Below the pieces are notes generated by a model that saw nothing but the letters and a program-made list of their open reading frames with translations, was not told the origin of the DNA and did no database searches. The translations under genes and the position numbers were made by a program. From Nitrospirota bacterium (GTDB lineage Bacteria; Nitrospirota; UBA9217): a DNA stretch of 64,000 nucleotides. Position 1 is the stretch's first letter. Each line of letters begins with the position of its first letter. The stretch spans positions 96,001 through 160,000 of the forward strand of contig CAWFSF010000001.1 in NCBI GenBank assembly GCA_963818475.1. The letters run 5' to 3'. Shown here piece after piece: positions 10,326 through 23,198 of the stretch.

Positions 10326-10525
10326 TGGGCGCCTCCTTTTCAATAGTATATCGCAATTACTGAAAGCAACGAAACCGGCATTTTCTGGGCACGATAAGCA
10401 CAGATTAAGCCTTGCTGTTTTTAAAAATCAGAATGCAAATTGAACGTGAAGTATGTATAATTGAAACATCGTTGCCCGCACACCATCATATGTCGCACAC
10501 GATAAGAGGACTGGAGCTAAAAACT

Positions 10526-11924
10526 ATGACTGAACTATCGAATTGAGAAGGATTCCCTCGGCGAGGTCAAGGTGCCGGCAAACGCTTTGTACGGTGCGCA
10601 GACGCAGCGCGCGATCGGAAACTTTCCCGTGAGCAGCATCCGCTTCCCCCGCGAATTCATCCGCGCGCTGGGGCTCATCAAGGCCGTTGCCGCCGAAGTG
10701 AACGCCGGCCTCGGACTGCTCGACGCAAAGATCGCCCATGCCATTCACCTGGCTGCCCTCGAGGTTGCGGACGGCGCCTGGGACGAACAGTTCCCGCTCG
10801 ACGTGTTCCAGACCGGCTCAGGCACGTCGACGAACATGAATGCCAACGAGGTCATCGCCTCCCGCGCGACACAGCTCCTCGGAACGCCGCCAGCGCCCGT
10901 TCACCCCAACAATGAGGTGAACATGGGCCAGTCCTCGAACGACGTCATCCCCACAGCGATCCATGTGAGCGCTTGCCTGCAGTTGAGCGAACTGCTGCTG
11001 CCGGCGTTGAACCATCTCCATGAAACGCTCAAGACCAGAGAGCGGGACTGCTACGATGTGGTCAAAACCGGCCGCACGCACCTGATGGACGCCATGCCGA
11101 TCCGGCTGAGCCAGGAAATAAGCGGCTGGGCCTATCAGGTTGCGCAAAGCATCGAACGCATCGAATCGTGCCTGCCGCGCCTTGCACAGCTCGCCATCGG
11201 CGGGACGGCTGTGGGCACGGGGATCAACACGCCCAGGACTTTGGAAAGATCGTTGCCAGCAGGCTGGCAGGGCGCACGAAGCTCCCCTTTGTCGAGACCG
11301 ATCAACCACTTCGCGGCGCAGGCGACGATGGATACGGCTGTCGAGCTTTCAGGCCATTTGAAAACGACCGCATCGTCCTTTATGAAAATGGCCAACGACC
11401 TCCGCTGGATGAACAGCGGCCCCATTGGCGGACTGGGCGAGATATCCCTCCCAACGCTCCAGCCGGGCTCGAGCATCATGCCCGGCAAGGTGAACCCGGT
11501 CATGTGCGAAGTGATGATGATGGCTGCGGCACAGGTCACGGGGAACGACGTGGCGATCACCATCGCCAACCAGCAGGGAAATTTCGAGCTGAACGTCATG
11601 CTGCCGGTCATCGCCCACAACCTGCTCCAGTCCATCACGATCCTCGCGAACGCGTCGCGGCTGCTGGCGGACCATGCCATCGCCGGATTCGTCGTGAACC
11701 GCGAGCGCATAGCCGGGCTTGTGGACAGGAACCCGATCCTGGTGACTGCGCTCAATCCGGTGATCGGCTACGACAAGGCTGCGCAGATCGCGAAGAAAGC
11801 CTATGCCGAAGGAAGGTCGCTCAAGGACGTTGCCGCTGAGATGACGGATTTGTCCAGGGAAGAACTGGACCGCCTGCTCGACCCGCGGAAGATGACGGAA
11901 GGCGGAATCGGCAATAAATCGTAA
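10526..11924 (+). CDS. fumC: Class II fumarate hydratase (indel near start, compensated shift mid-gene)
   Basis: 'RIEKDSLGEV.VP', 'FQTGSGTSTNMNANEV', 'GRTHLMDA', 'GSSIMPGKVNP'. Confidence 0.92.
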
Positions 11925-11932
11925 CATGTGTA

Positions 11933-12008
11933 GCCCCTCCCTTGATGGGAGGGGTGCGGGGAGGGTGAATCTTTCACCCCCACCCTGCCTCCCCCATCAA
12001 GGGGGAGG
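11933..12008. repeat. GC-rich double-hairpin intergenic element (CCCCTCCC..GGGAGGGG type)
   Basis: cccctcccttgatgggagggg ... tcacccccaccctgcctcccccatcaagggggagg; related element at 16904-16950. Confidence 0.65.
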
Positions 12009-12031
12009 TGACAAGTTGAGCGGAGTCAAAC

Positions 12032-12700
12032 GTGTTTCTCTTTCCCACAAGTTCTGTCGGCAGAAAGCTCCTTATGACGATCACGGGCCAGCTCATGGTC
12101 ATCTTCGTCATTGTCCACGTTCTGGGGAACTCCACCATCTACGTGAGCTGGCTGAACGCCTATGCCGCCGGCCTGCATGCCTTCCCGCCCTTCCTCTGGG
12201 CCATCCGGCTGATGATGATCGCATCGGTCCTTCTCCATATCTATCTCGGCATTGTGGTCACGCTTGAGAACCGCGCTTCAAAACCGCAAGCTTACGCGAT
12301 CACTCGCAATTTGAGCGCAACCTTCGCAGGACGAAACATGATCTGGTCCGGCGCTTTGATCTTTTCCTTTCTTATCTACCACCTTCTGCAGTTCACCTTC
12401 CAGGTCACGGACCCCGCCATCGCCGCGATTCGGAACCTTGATGCCGCGGGCAGGCCCGATGTTCTCTCCATGGTCGTGCAGAGCTTCCAGCATATAAACA
12501 TCGTGCTGGTGTACCTAGTTTCTCTGACAGCCTTGCTGCTCCATTTGACCCACGGGATCCAGAGCTCGTTCCAGACCTGGGGGCTGAACAACGACAGAAG
12601 CCTGCCAATCATGATAAAGGCGGGTACCATGACGGCTGTGGTGCTTTTTCTTGGATATATAGCGATACCAATGGTGATCGTTTTTGGAGTTCTGAAGTGA
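12032..12700 (+). CDS. sdhC: Succinate dehydrogenase/fumarate reductase cytochrome b subunit (b558 type)
   Basis: 'SSVGRKLLM.ITG', His ligands in 'VHVLGN', 'LHIY', 'YHLLQF', 'LHLTHGIQS.FQTWG'. Confidence 0.9.
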   Translation: MFLFPTSSVGRKLLMTITGQLMVIFVIVHVLGNSTIYVSWLNAYAAGLHAFPPFLWAIRLMMIASVLLHIYLGIVVTLENRASKPQAYAITRNLSATFAGRNMIWSGALIFSFLIYHLLQFTFQVTDPAIAAIRNLDAAGRPDVLSMVVQSFQHINIVLVYLVSLTALLLHLTHGIQSSFQTWGLNNDRSLPIMIKAGTMTAVVLFLGYIAIPMVIVFGVLK

Positions 12701-12719
12701 TAAAGACCGCAACCAACTT

Positions 12720-12821
12720 TGCCACGAAGACACAAAGGCACGAAGAAATGCTGGATGATTGTACCGTCCATTTAACCCCTTAGTTTTAAAGCTGTCTTAG
12801 TGTCTTCGTGCCTTCGTGGCA
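12720..12821. repeat. Inverted 8/9-mer-array element between sdhC and sdhA
   Basis: gccacgaag-acacaaag-gcacgaag ... cttagtgt-cttcgtgc-cttcgtggc. Confidence 0.8.
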
Positions 12822-12851
12822 GAATTTTTGTTTCCATTTTGGAGCTAACAC

Positions 12852-14768
<1,917 letters not shown>

Positions 14769-14771
14769 AAT

Positions 14772-14893
14772 TTTCACCACGGAGACACGGAGTCACAGAG
14801 GAAACCGAAAATCTTTAACGTGGTAAAGACTTTAAGAAAATTACTTAGGTAATTCACTTGCCGTTCTCCGTGTCTCCGTGCCTCCGTGGTAAA
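14772..14893. repeat. Inverted 8/9-mer-array element between sdhA and sdhB
   Basis: accacggag-acacggag-tcacagag ... ctccgtgt-ctccgtgc-ctccgtggt around an AT-rich spacer. Confidence 0.8.
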
Positions 14894-14912
14894 TAGCTTT
14901 TGAGGTTTTACT

Positions 14913-15680
14913 ATGAATCTAACATTCTACGTCTGGCGCCAAAAAGGCCCGAAAGAAAAAGGCAAACTCGTTCAATACGCGGCAAAGGACATCAGCTCCG
15001 ATATGTCCTTCCTCGAGATGCTCGACGTGGTGAACGAAGACCTGATCAAGCAGGGCGACGAGCCGATCGCGTTCGACAGTGACTGCCGCGAAGGCATCTG
15101 CGGCATGTGCGGCCAGGTCGTGAACGGCATCCCCCACGGCCCGCGGAAGAAGACCACGGTCTGCCAGCTCCATATGCGCCACTTCAAGGACAGTGACACG
15201 ATCTATATCGAACCCTTCCGCGCAAGAGCGTTCCCGGTGATCAAGGACCTGATCGTCGACCGCGGCGCATTCGACAAGATCATCCAGTCCGGCGGGTACA
15301 TTTCGGTCCATACAGGCGGCGTGCCGGACGGCAATACGATCCTGATCCCGAAGCATGATGCCGACCTTGCCATGGATGCCGCCGAATGCATCGGCTGCGG
15401 CGCATGCGTGGCAGCCTGCCCGAACGGTTCGGCCATGCTCTTCACCGCAGCGAAGGTCTCCCATCTCGCCGCCCTTCCCCAGGGGCAGGTCGAAGCAGCT
15501 CGCCGGGTCTGCGTCATGACCGAAGAGATGCTCAGCCAGGGCTTCGGCAACTGCAGCAACCACTACGAGTGTCAGGCCGTCTGCCCCAAGGGGATCAAGG
15601 TGCAGTTCATCGCGAAACTGAACCGGGAGTTCATCAAGGCCCGGGGGAAAACCGAAAAGGGCAGCGGAGCGCTCTCCTGA
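14913..15680 (+). CDS. sdhB: Succinate dehydrogenase/fumarate reductase Fe-S subunit
   Basis: '[10 protein letters not shown]', '[12 protein letters not shown]', '[12 protein letters not shown]'. Confidence 0.93.
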   Translation: MNLTFYVWRQKGPKEKGKLVQYAAKDISSDMSFLEMLDVVNEDLIKQGDEPIAFDSDCREGICGMCGQVVNGIPHGPRKKTTVCQLHMRHFKDSDTIYIEPFRARAFPVIKDLIVDRGAFDKIIQSGGYISVHTGGVPDGNTILIPKHDADLAMDAAECIGCGACVAACPNGSAMLFTAAKVSHLAALPQGQVEAARRVCVMTEEMLSQGFGNCSNHYECQAVCPKGIKVQFIAKLNREFIKARGKTEKGSGALS

Positions 15681-15699
15681 CAAGCACTATCAGCAGAAA

Positions 15700-15730
15700 T
15701 GCCGGGGAATCGATCTCCCCGGCATTTTCT
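15700..15730. terminator. Terminator between convergent sdhB and fbp
   Basis: tgccgggga..tccccggca flanked by A- and T-runs. Confidence 0.7.
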
Positions 15731-15760
15731 ATTATTGAACCGCGATGGCCTACCGCCTTG

Positions 15761-16876
15761 CTATGCCGCTTTCTTCATCGCCCGCACCGCGAACTTCTTC
15801 TCAAGCACTTCCAGCTTCTCCATGATGCCCGTGTACTCCAACTCGTTCATCGGCAGCATGGCGGCGCCGAAGAACCCCTGTTTCCGCATGTCCATGGCCT
15901 TGTCCGCCACGTGGTCGCGCACCCGGTCCCAGAAGGGATGAGCGAAAGCATCGAGCGGTTCGGTCAGCTTGCCGTCACGGATGGAAAAGGCCGCGCAGCT
16001 CACGATCGGAGGCCCGTCGAAATAGCTGATCGGCGAGTTCAGCTTTACCGGCATGATCGGCATGTTGTGCGATCCGCGCATGCAGCCTGCCACGAAATGA
16101 CCGATGCTGAACGGCTGCAGCACCTCGCCGGTTGCCGGGAAGTCCATCTGGGTCCGGACGAGCATCACGGGATCGTCCTTGCCGGTGTATTTCCCGGCTA
16201 TGTTATGGAGCCGCGACGTTGCCACGGACACTGCCTGCGTTCCTGCCGCCCGCGACCAGACCGACTCCACCACGAACCGCTCCGGATCACGAAGCAGGGT
16301 GGCGATATCGTAGAGGTCCTCAGGAGCGCTCAGCTCGATGACCCGATCGCCCTCGGTGTAGTTCACGTCCATGATCGTGAACGTGAATCCTTTTGCCAGC
16401 TTGGGCGAGAGCATCAGCCCCGGCGTGTTCATGGCATCGGCGAAGGCCAGATAGAGCGGAAGGTTATAGGCGCCGGGATCGGTCTTGTCAGCGGCAAAGA
16501 ACAGGAAGGGCTCACCGGGCCGCTCCTCGAACTCCATCTCCGTGACCGCGGGCCCCATGCCGTGTACGTTGCCGGAGAAGGCGTCCTTCAGCAGGTCCTG
16601 TCCGGCGCCGTACAGCCCCTGCTGCTTTGCGATCGCAGTCCCGGCAACAAAGGCGTCCCACGCCAGTTTGTGGACCTGTTCGTTGCCTTCACCGCGCGTA
16701 TGGGTCATGAGGATCGCCACGTCGTCTCCCGTGTAGCTCACATAGCTGTCGATCAGCAATCCCTTGCCCTTTTCCGCTACCTGTTTTTTGACGGTATCGA
16801 GCAGCTTTTCCGAAGGTGCGATATGACCTCCTACCGAACCGATATCAGCCTTGATAACGCTCACCGTGATCTTCAT
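15761..16876 (-). CDS. fbp: Bifunctional fructose-1,6-bisphosphate aldolase/phosphatase (class V FBPase)
   Basis: 'SVIKADIGSVGGH', 'GDDVAILMTH', 'GLYGAGQDLLKDAFSGNV', 'YTGKDDP', 'MRGSHNMP', 'AMLPMNELEYT'. Confidence 0.92.
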   Translation of the reverse strand: MKITVSVIKADIGSVGGHIAPSEKLLDTVKKQVAEKGKGLLIDSYVSYTGDDVAILMTHTRGEGNEQVHKLAWDAFVAGTAIAKQQGLYGAGQDLLKDAFSGNVHGMGPAVTEMEFEERPGEPFLFFAADKTDPGAYNLPLYLAFADAMNTPGLMLSPKLAKGFTFTIMDVNYTEGDRVIELSAPEDLYDIATLLRDPERFVVESVWSRAAGTQAVSVATSRLHNIAGKYTGKDDPVMLVRTQMDFPATGEVLQPFSIGHFVAGCMRGSHNMPIMPVKLNSPISYFDGPPIVSCAAFSIRDGKLTEPLDAFAHPFWDRVRDHVADKAMDMRKQGFFGAAMLPMNELEYTGIMEKLEVLEKKFAVRAMKKAA

Positions 16877-16903
16877 GGCAGCCTCCTTTCGCATCTGAAA
16901 AAT

Positions 16904-16950
16904 CCCCCTCCTTTATCCTCTCCCCCGAGGGGAGAGGGCTGGGTGAGGGG
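16904..16950. repeat. GC-rich hairpin element (CCTCTCCC..GGGAGAGG type)
   Basis: ccccctcc..cctctcccccgaggggagagg..gtgagggg. Confidence 0.6.
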
Positions 16951-17029
16951 CCTGCTTTAATGATAGCACAGACCATACAGGCTGGTTTCCGGGAAAGGCC
17001 GCTGTTGCGGCAGGAAGGGATCAGTGACA

Positions 17030-17062
17030 AAAAAAGGGCGACCTCATTATTGAGATCGCCCT
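17030..17062 (-). terminator. Terminator after pck
   Basis: agggcga..tcgccct with a U-tract on the minus strand. Confidence 0.65.
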
Positions 17063-17082
17063 GGGCTGCATTCCGGAACAAT

Positions 17083-18745
17083 TTAGAGCGGATTGAGAAT
17101 ACTGTCGATCACGGTCCTTGCCGCCACGAGCGGATCGATGAAGCGGCTGTCCATGTCGTGCTCGATATCACGCTTGTTCGACAGGAAGGTGATGCGGTCC
17201 TGCATGCGGTTCCTGAGGAACTGGAGGTAGTCGGGGTTCTTCGTGGGTTTGAACTTCTTGTCATAATCCGCGCCAAAGAGGTCGGCGCCGTTCGCCGGAA
17301 CCATAAGGCCCGGGAAGGACTTCCACTCGCGCCACTCGACCTTCTTGCGCACCAGCTGGGTCACGATGGCGAGCGAGAGCTCCTTGGGCACCTTGACCTC
17401 ATCGCCGGGCATGCCGAAGTGGCCCGTGTTCATGATGTAGCACTCGGTGCCGAGCTTGAAAAGCTTCAGGAACTGACGGCAATCTTCCGTAAGTTTGTGC
17501 ACGCGGAAGGGGTTGGCAAAAGGCTCGATCACGAGCTTGGCCAGCTCTTCCCGGGGCACGTTCTCGACGCCCTTGGCGCGCAGGGTGGAGAGCGACGCGC
17601 CCATGGCAACAGCGAGGCCCAGGTCGGAGACCTTCATTACCGGCGGCAGGGACTGGTCCTTCTGGAGCCAGATAAGCTGCCCGGGCCGGGCGCAGGAATC
17701 GGCGATGTTGAACATGTCGCGCGACTTTATGCAGCGGCCGTTGTCGTTCCGGATGTCCTGCGCAACGATCTCTTTTTTGCCGTTCCCGAGGTCCGTGACC
17801 GCCACGTTCTGGGCGGAGTAGAAATACTTGATGATGGGATCGCGGAAATCCACGGCATCGGTCTTATCGAAGAGGCTCGGTTCGAGCGCAACCGTGAGAT
17901 TCTCGTCCAGGCCGATCAGGAACGCGTCGTCATGAATAACCGTGACCTTCTCGGTCTTCTTCAGCAGGCCGCCGTGATCAAGGCTGTTCGTGAGCGACGA
18001 CTTGCCGGAGCCCGACAATCCGAACACGGCCACCGGCGGATAGTTGCCGATGGTCTTGATGCCGCCGTGGCAGGCCACCATGTTGAGCCGCACGCCGATG
18101 GTCCAGGCCAGCGTGAGCGTCCCCTTCTTGCGCTCGCCGAAATAGCGGAGCCCGAGGATGGCGATGCAGTTCTCTTCCTCGTCGATGATCACGAGCCCGT
18201 TCGGGAACTCGGGGTCGGACCAGTCGGGGTCGGCGATCACGAGGATGTCCGGTTCATCGAGCTTTTTGGACTTTTTATACTGCTCGTTCCAGGGCTTCAT
18301 CCAGGGCGTAAAATTGCAGCCCCAGTCGAGCATGTTCTTCGCGTCCGTGGCCGGGGCAGAGGATATGGGCCTTCAGCATGAAATCCTTGTGCAGACCGAT
18401 GATGCCTTCGAGCCAGAGGCTCTCCTTCTTGGTGATCTGGTAGGTGACCTCGCCCAGGATGCGGAGGTACTTGTCACGGTCCTTGCCCATCTCGCGCACG
18501 AGCCTGCGCGCGCGTGCCGTGCGGCCGACGATGCCGCCGTCATTCGAGATCAGGACCTTGGCGTCCTTCGGCAGTCCATACTGGGATGGTTTATAAAAGG
18601 GATGGGACGTGGCCATTACCTCAGGCTGTTTGATAGCCAGCTTGTACAGCTCGGCCATGTTCGTCTTGCGAACCGAATTGGCATAAAAAGCGCTTTCGAT
18701 CATCGCCCGCCAGGGCGACCGGGGCAGCCTGTTCACTGATGCCAT
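17083..18745 (-). CDS. pckA: Phosphoenolpyruvate carboxykinase (ATP), divergent type (one indel near 18350)
   Basis: 'LGLRYFGERKKGTLTLAW', 'ACHGG', P-loop 'FGLSGSGKS', 'IHDDAF', 'NGRCIKSR', 'EPFANPFR', 'MNTG'. Confidence 0.85.
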
Positions 18746-18864
18746 GGAAAACTCCTCTGATTTCTTTGCGTTTCCGCATTGGAATGGTAGTATAGTGTGC
18801 TATTATGCACATTTACGGGGGAAAAGTAAAGAAAAGCTTGCGCGGTTTTTTGAAAAAAAGGACT

Positions 18865-18899
18865 AAAAAAGCCCGGCTGAGGTGAACCGGCCGGGTTCT
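18865..18899 (-). terminator. Terminator downstream of the biotin carboxylase operon
   Basis: cccggc..gccggg with a U-tract on the minus strand. Confidence 0.6.
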
Positions 18900-18948
18900 G
18901 TTGGTCAGTTAGGAGTAAAATCCTTCACAAAATGGCAAGAATATTTTC

Positions 18949-19210
18949 ACCGCGAAGGCGCGAGGAGCGCGAGGACGTCAAAACAATCGTAACTATTCAG
19001 GTGGCTTGCAGTCATTGAAAACGGCACGTTCTGATCTGCCATCCCATTTCGTCATTCCCGAACGCTTTAATCGGGAATCCAGGGTTTTTAACATCACTGG
19101 GTCCCCGATTGGGTCACTCGGGGGCGACGGATTTTAGTTACCTGAAGAGTTAAAGTTTATCAACATTCAAGGCTTTTAAGATTTCCTCGCGACCTTTGCG
19201 ACTTCGCGGT
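18949..19210. mobile_element. Triple-nested palindromic (MITE/REP-like) element
   Basis: Outer accgcgaag-gcgcgagg-agcgcgagg / cctcgcga-cctttgcga-cttcgcggt; middle taactattcagg / cctgaagagtta; inner cgtcattcccg..cgggaatcca..tgggtccccg..cgggggcgacg. Confidence 0.7.
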
Positions 19211-19257
19211 TCCAAGGTTTTTTTCGGCTTGTCCGGTTTGGGTCAAGGGACAAAGCG

Positions 19258-21321
19258 TTACATCACAATGCTTCCTGCCGCCCGGTTGGCCTCCTGGCCG
19301 GCCGGCGCCTTGTCGATGACGAACAGGAGCTGTCCTTCCTGCACGGTCTCGTTGAGCTTCACGCAGACCTCGGAGATCTGGCCGTCCATGGGCGCCAGGA
19401 TCGCGTTCTCCATTTTCATGGCCTCGAGGTTTGCGATCTCCTCGCCCTTGTGCACGATATCGCCCGCCTTGATCGGGCCGCGGCTGGGATTGCCGATGCG
19501 CCAGAGGTTGCCGTTGATCGGCGCGCCGATGTTGCCGCTCCCTTGGCCATCCTGATCTCGGCCTTCTTGGCCCGCGGCGTCATGACCGTGTAGACCCGCG
19601 TCTTGTTGTTGACCCGCATCACCACATGGATGACGCCTTCATGCTCCGCGCCGATCGAGACCAGTTCAATGGAATAGGGTTTGCCCCAGTGTTCGAAATC
19701 CACGCGGTCGCCCGGCTTTGTCAGCCCCTTTCGCCATACATCCGTCGGCAGCACGAGCGGAGCCTCGCCGAACTTGCCGCGAAATTCGATGAATTCAAGC
19801 GCATCCTTGGGATGCATGAGGTAGAGGATGAACTCCTCATCAGTCACTTCCCTGCCCACGTTCTCCTGCAGGTCCTTCCGCAGCTTATCGAGATCGTCCT
19901 GGGGCATGGAATCGAGCGGCGAAACCTCCTTGCGCTCCTTGATCCTGCCTTCCCACTCATCGCCAAAGGTGCTCTGATACACCCATTCCGCGGGCCAGCC
20001 GACGGGAAGCTTTCCATAATTGCCGAGCAGCAGGTTCTTGAAATCTCCGGGCGCGGCCCGGAAGAGCTGCAGCAGCTCGTCCTGCTCGGCCTTGTCCATG
20101 GCATCGAGGTTCTGCGCTTTTTCTTCAACGAACTTCGTCAGCAGATCGATGACATGCTTGACCCCGCGGTCGCCCTGCTCCTTTGCATACCGGTTCACGA
20201 TCCCGCTGCAGGTGACCCAGGTGATCTGCGAACCGGGGGTAACGTCGAAATATTTCACGATCCGGTTGTAGAGCGACATGGTGGTGAGGATCGCGGGCAT
20301 GAGATGCAGGAACTCGCCCTTGTCCGCCTGCTCAAAAGAACTCGGGAATGCGCCGCCCGGCATCCGGTGACGGGTCACCGTATGGTCCAGTCCCTTGAAG
20401 GGAGACTCCGCCCACTCGTAGTGGCCGATCCACTCGCGCACCTTCCTGACCGCTGCCTCGGCCTCGGGCCTGTTCAGGTGCACGGGAATGCCGGACTCCT
20501 CGAAAATGGCCTGGATCGCCAGGATCGGCGAATGGCCGTAGAACCGGACGAGGGAATCTTCTTCGACGTCGAAGATCGACGCCCCCGCCTTGGCCGCCGA
20601 CAGGAACGCAGGAACCGCCAGGCCGTCGGTGATGTGGCGATGATAGTTGATCACGAGCTTCGGATATTTCTGTTTGATGGCGTCGATCAGGTTCCCGATG
20701 CGGCTTACGTCGCCCACGCCCGCCATGTCCTTGATGCAGAGCACGATCTCGTCGATCCCGCCGCAGAGGTCCACGATGTCCTTGACCACACCGAGGTAGT
20801 ACTCGTTCGTGGCCCAGTCCGCCACCGTAAAGGAGATCGTGGGCTCGAACAGCCTCCCCCGCTTCATGACCACCTCGGCCACGGAGCGCATGTTCCGAAC
20901 GTCGTTCAGGAACGAGAAGCAGCGCCACACGTCGATGTCCACCTTGGCAACGGCGTGTTCGATCACGTTCTTCGGATAGGGCCGGTAGCCCCAGAGGTTC
21001 GTCTCGCGGATCAGCGTCTGCTGCAGCACGTTCGGCATCAGCTCGCGCAGGATCGCGCCCTCCTCGAAGGGGCTTTCCCTGCGGTTCATGATGCCCACGT
21101 GCCACCGCGCGCCGCCGTGCGTTTCGGCGCTGAACAGGCCCATGGCGTTGTAGAACGGGGCGAGCGATTTCAGGTCGTAGATGCGGTGGCGGTTCTTGAA
21201 GTCCGACTGGCCGGCGTCGCGCATGCCGACCGACGTGAGGCTCACGCCCTTCAGCGACCGGACCGCGGCGACGATCTCTTTCGGGCGTCATGCCCGGTTT
21301 TACAAATATGGGATCTGCCAT
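19258..21321 (-). CDS. Divergent pyruvate (or 2-oxoacid) carboxylase carboxyltransferase + biotin carrier subunit (indels near 21275 and 19540)
   Basis: 'MRDAGQS', 'CIKDMAG', 'YHRH', 'H.MPGG', 'VTPGSQI', biotin motif 'LEAMKMEN'. Confidence 0.8.
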
Positions 21322-21358
21322 AATTCTCCTAATCGATGAATCCTGAACCAACTGCGTC

Positions 21359-21465
21359 TCTCGCAAAGGCGCAAAGAGCGCAAAGGGAACCTTGAGTCAA
21401 AATCTTTACTTTGGTTTAAAACCATGGTTCAAGCTTTTCTTGGCGTCCTTTGCGCCTTTGCGAGA
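21359..21465. repeat. Inverted 8/9-mer-array element between the two carboxylase subunit genes
   Basis: tctcgcaaag-gcgcaaag-agcgcaaag ... cttggcgtc-ctttgcgc-ctttgcgaga. Confidence 0.8.
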
Positions 21466-21513
21466 AAACTTATTACTGTCCTTGCCTTTCATTCCGCAAT
21501 CCGCAATGCCTCT

Positions 21514-22971
21514 CTACATCCACTTCTGCGGCCCCAGGGCCGAGGTCTCGGCCACGTACCGCGCGATCTTCAGCACCTCGTCCTCGCTGTTCTTCTCCTG
21601 GAACATGGAGATCAGTTCGTCCATGTGCTCCTCGATGAACCGCGTGGAGAACTCTCCGGCCGCGAACGACGGGTGCCTGATGATCGAAAGCAGGAGCGGC
21701 TGCAGCGTCTTGACGCCCTCGACCCGGAGGTTCCTGCCGAGCGAGCGGTCCATGACGCTGATGGCGTGGTTCCGGTCCGCGCCCGCGGTCATGAGCAGCA
21801 TGAAGAGCGAATCGTAGTACGGCGGGATGTCGCCGCCCTCGTACACGCCCGAGGCCACGCGCACGTTCGGGCCCATGGGGATCTGGAGCCGCGTGATCGG
21901 GCCGAAGGACGGGCTGAAGGTCTTCGGGTCCTCGGCGTTCAGCCGGACCTCGAGCGCCCAGCGGTTCGGACGGATATCGGACTGCTTGAACGGCAGCTTC
22001 TTGCCCAGCGCCACGTCGATCATGATGCCGACGATGTCGAGGCCGGTGATCAGTTCGGTGATGCCGTGCTCCACCTGGAGCCGGGTGTTCACTTCGAGGA
22101 AATAGAACTTCCGCGTCGCGGAATCGAAGATATATTCCACCGTGCCTGCCGTGGTATAGCCGATCTCGCGCATCAGCCGGGTCGCGGTGTAGCAGATCTC
22201 GTTCCGGAGGTTCTCGTCAAGGCTCGGCGACGGCGCCTCCTCGATGATCTTCTGGTTCCGCCGCTGGAGCGTGCACTCGCGTTCGTAGAGATGAACGACA
22301 TTCCCGTGGCTGTCCGCCACGATCTGGACCTCGATATGCCTGCCCCGCTCGATGTACTTCTCGACCAGGATGGTGTCGTCGCCGAAGGACTTCTTTGCCT
22401 CGGACCGGGCGCGCGCCAGGGCCTGCGACAGCTCTTCGTCGCTCTCGACCTTTACCATGCCCTTGCCGCCCCCGCCGGAGGCGGCCTTGATCATGATGGG
22501 GTAGGCCACGTCGTCCTTCTTCATCCAGGTCTTGATCTGTTCGATGTCCGTGACGGCATCGACACCCGGGATGGTCGGGACATTGGCTTTTTTCGCCAGC
22601 GCCTTGGCCTCGATCTTGTCCCCGAGCATGCTGATGACCTCGGGGGAAGGACCGATCCAGGTGAGGCCTGCATCGATCACCTTTTTCGCGAATCCGGCGT
22701 TCTCGGCAAGGAATCCCCAGCCCGGATGGATCGCGTCAGCCCTGCTCCGGAGCGCGGCTTCGATCATCTTGTCCATGTTGAGATAGGACTCGGCCGGCGG
22801 CGCAGCGCCGATGTGCACGGCCTCGTCGGCCATGAACACGTGGTGGGCGAGACGGTCCGGGTCGCTGTAGACCGCGACGGTCGGTATCTGCCGGTCCCTG
22901 CAGGTATGCATGATCCGGACCGCGGGAACGCCCCGGTTCGCTATCAATACTTTCTGGATCGTTCTGCTCAT
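21514..22971 (-). CDS. Biotin carboxylase subunit (PycA/AccC family)
   Basis: 'KVLIANRG', 'IHPGWGFLAEN', 'KAASGGGGKGM', 'ERECTLQRRNQK', 'EVNTRLQVEHGITE', 'RLNAEDP'. Confidence 0.92.
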   Translation of the reverse strand: MSRTIQKVLIANRGVPAVRIMHTCRDRQIPTVAVYSDPDRLAHHVFMADEAVHIGAAPPAESYLNMDKMIEAALRSRADAIHPGWGFLAENAGFAKKVIDAGLTWIGPSPEVISMLGDKIEAKALAKKANVPTIPGVDAVTDIEQIKTWMKKDDVAYPIMIKAASGGGGKGMVKVESDEELSQALARARSEAKKSFGDDTILVEKYIERGRHIEVQIVADSHGNVVHLYERECTLQRRNQKIIEEAPSPSLDENLRNEICYTATRLMREIGYTTAGTVEYIFDSATRKFYFLEVNTRLQVEHGITELITGLDIVGIMIDVALGKKLPFKQSDIRPNRWALEVRLNAEDPKTFSPSFGPITRLQIPMGPNVRVASGVYEGGDIPPYYDSLFMLLMTAGADRNHAISVMDRSLGRNLRVEGVKTLQPLLLSIIRHPSFAAGEFSTRFIEEHMDELISMFQEKNSEDEVLKIARYVAETSALGPQKWM

Positions 22972-23141
22972 AAAAAGGCACCTTTCTCTGCTGAAACCCT
23001 TGCCGCTGTGCTGCCAGGGAAAACGATTATTTTCTAAAACCACCTGTTTTGTCAAGTATTGTTTTTCAAAAAAAACGATTTCTTCCGCTCCCGCGGGAAC
23101 AAGTGGATCGCCGGCGCAAATGTCGCCGGCGGAGGAGCATA

Positions 23142-23172
23142 AAAAAAGCCCCTTGCTTCTGCAAGGGGCTTT
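23142..23172 (-). terminator. Rho-independent terminator
   Basis: aaagccccttgc-ttct-gcaaggggcttt. Confidence 0.75.
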
Positions 23173-23198
23173 CGGATCGATCTGATCGTGTTACCCGA

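Noticed and set aside
15386-23037. Long plus-strand ORFs (15386-16960, 16960-18381, 19626-21323, 21424-23037)
   Set aside because: Antisense shadows of fbp, pck and the carboxylase genes, expected in GC-rich coding DNA, with no recognisable motifs.
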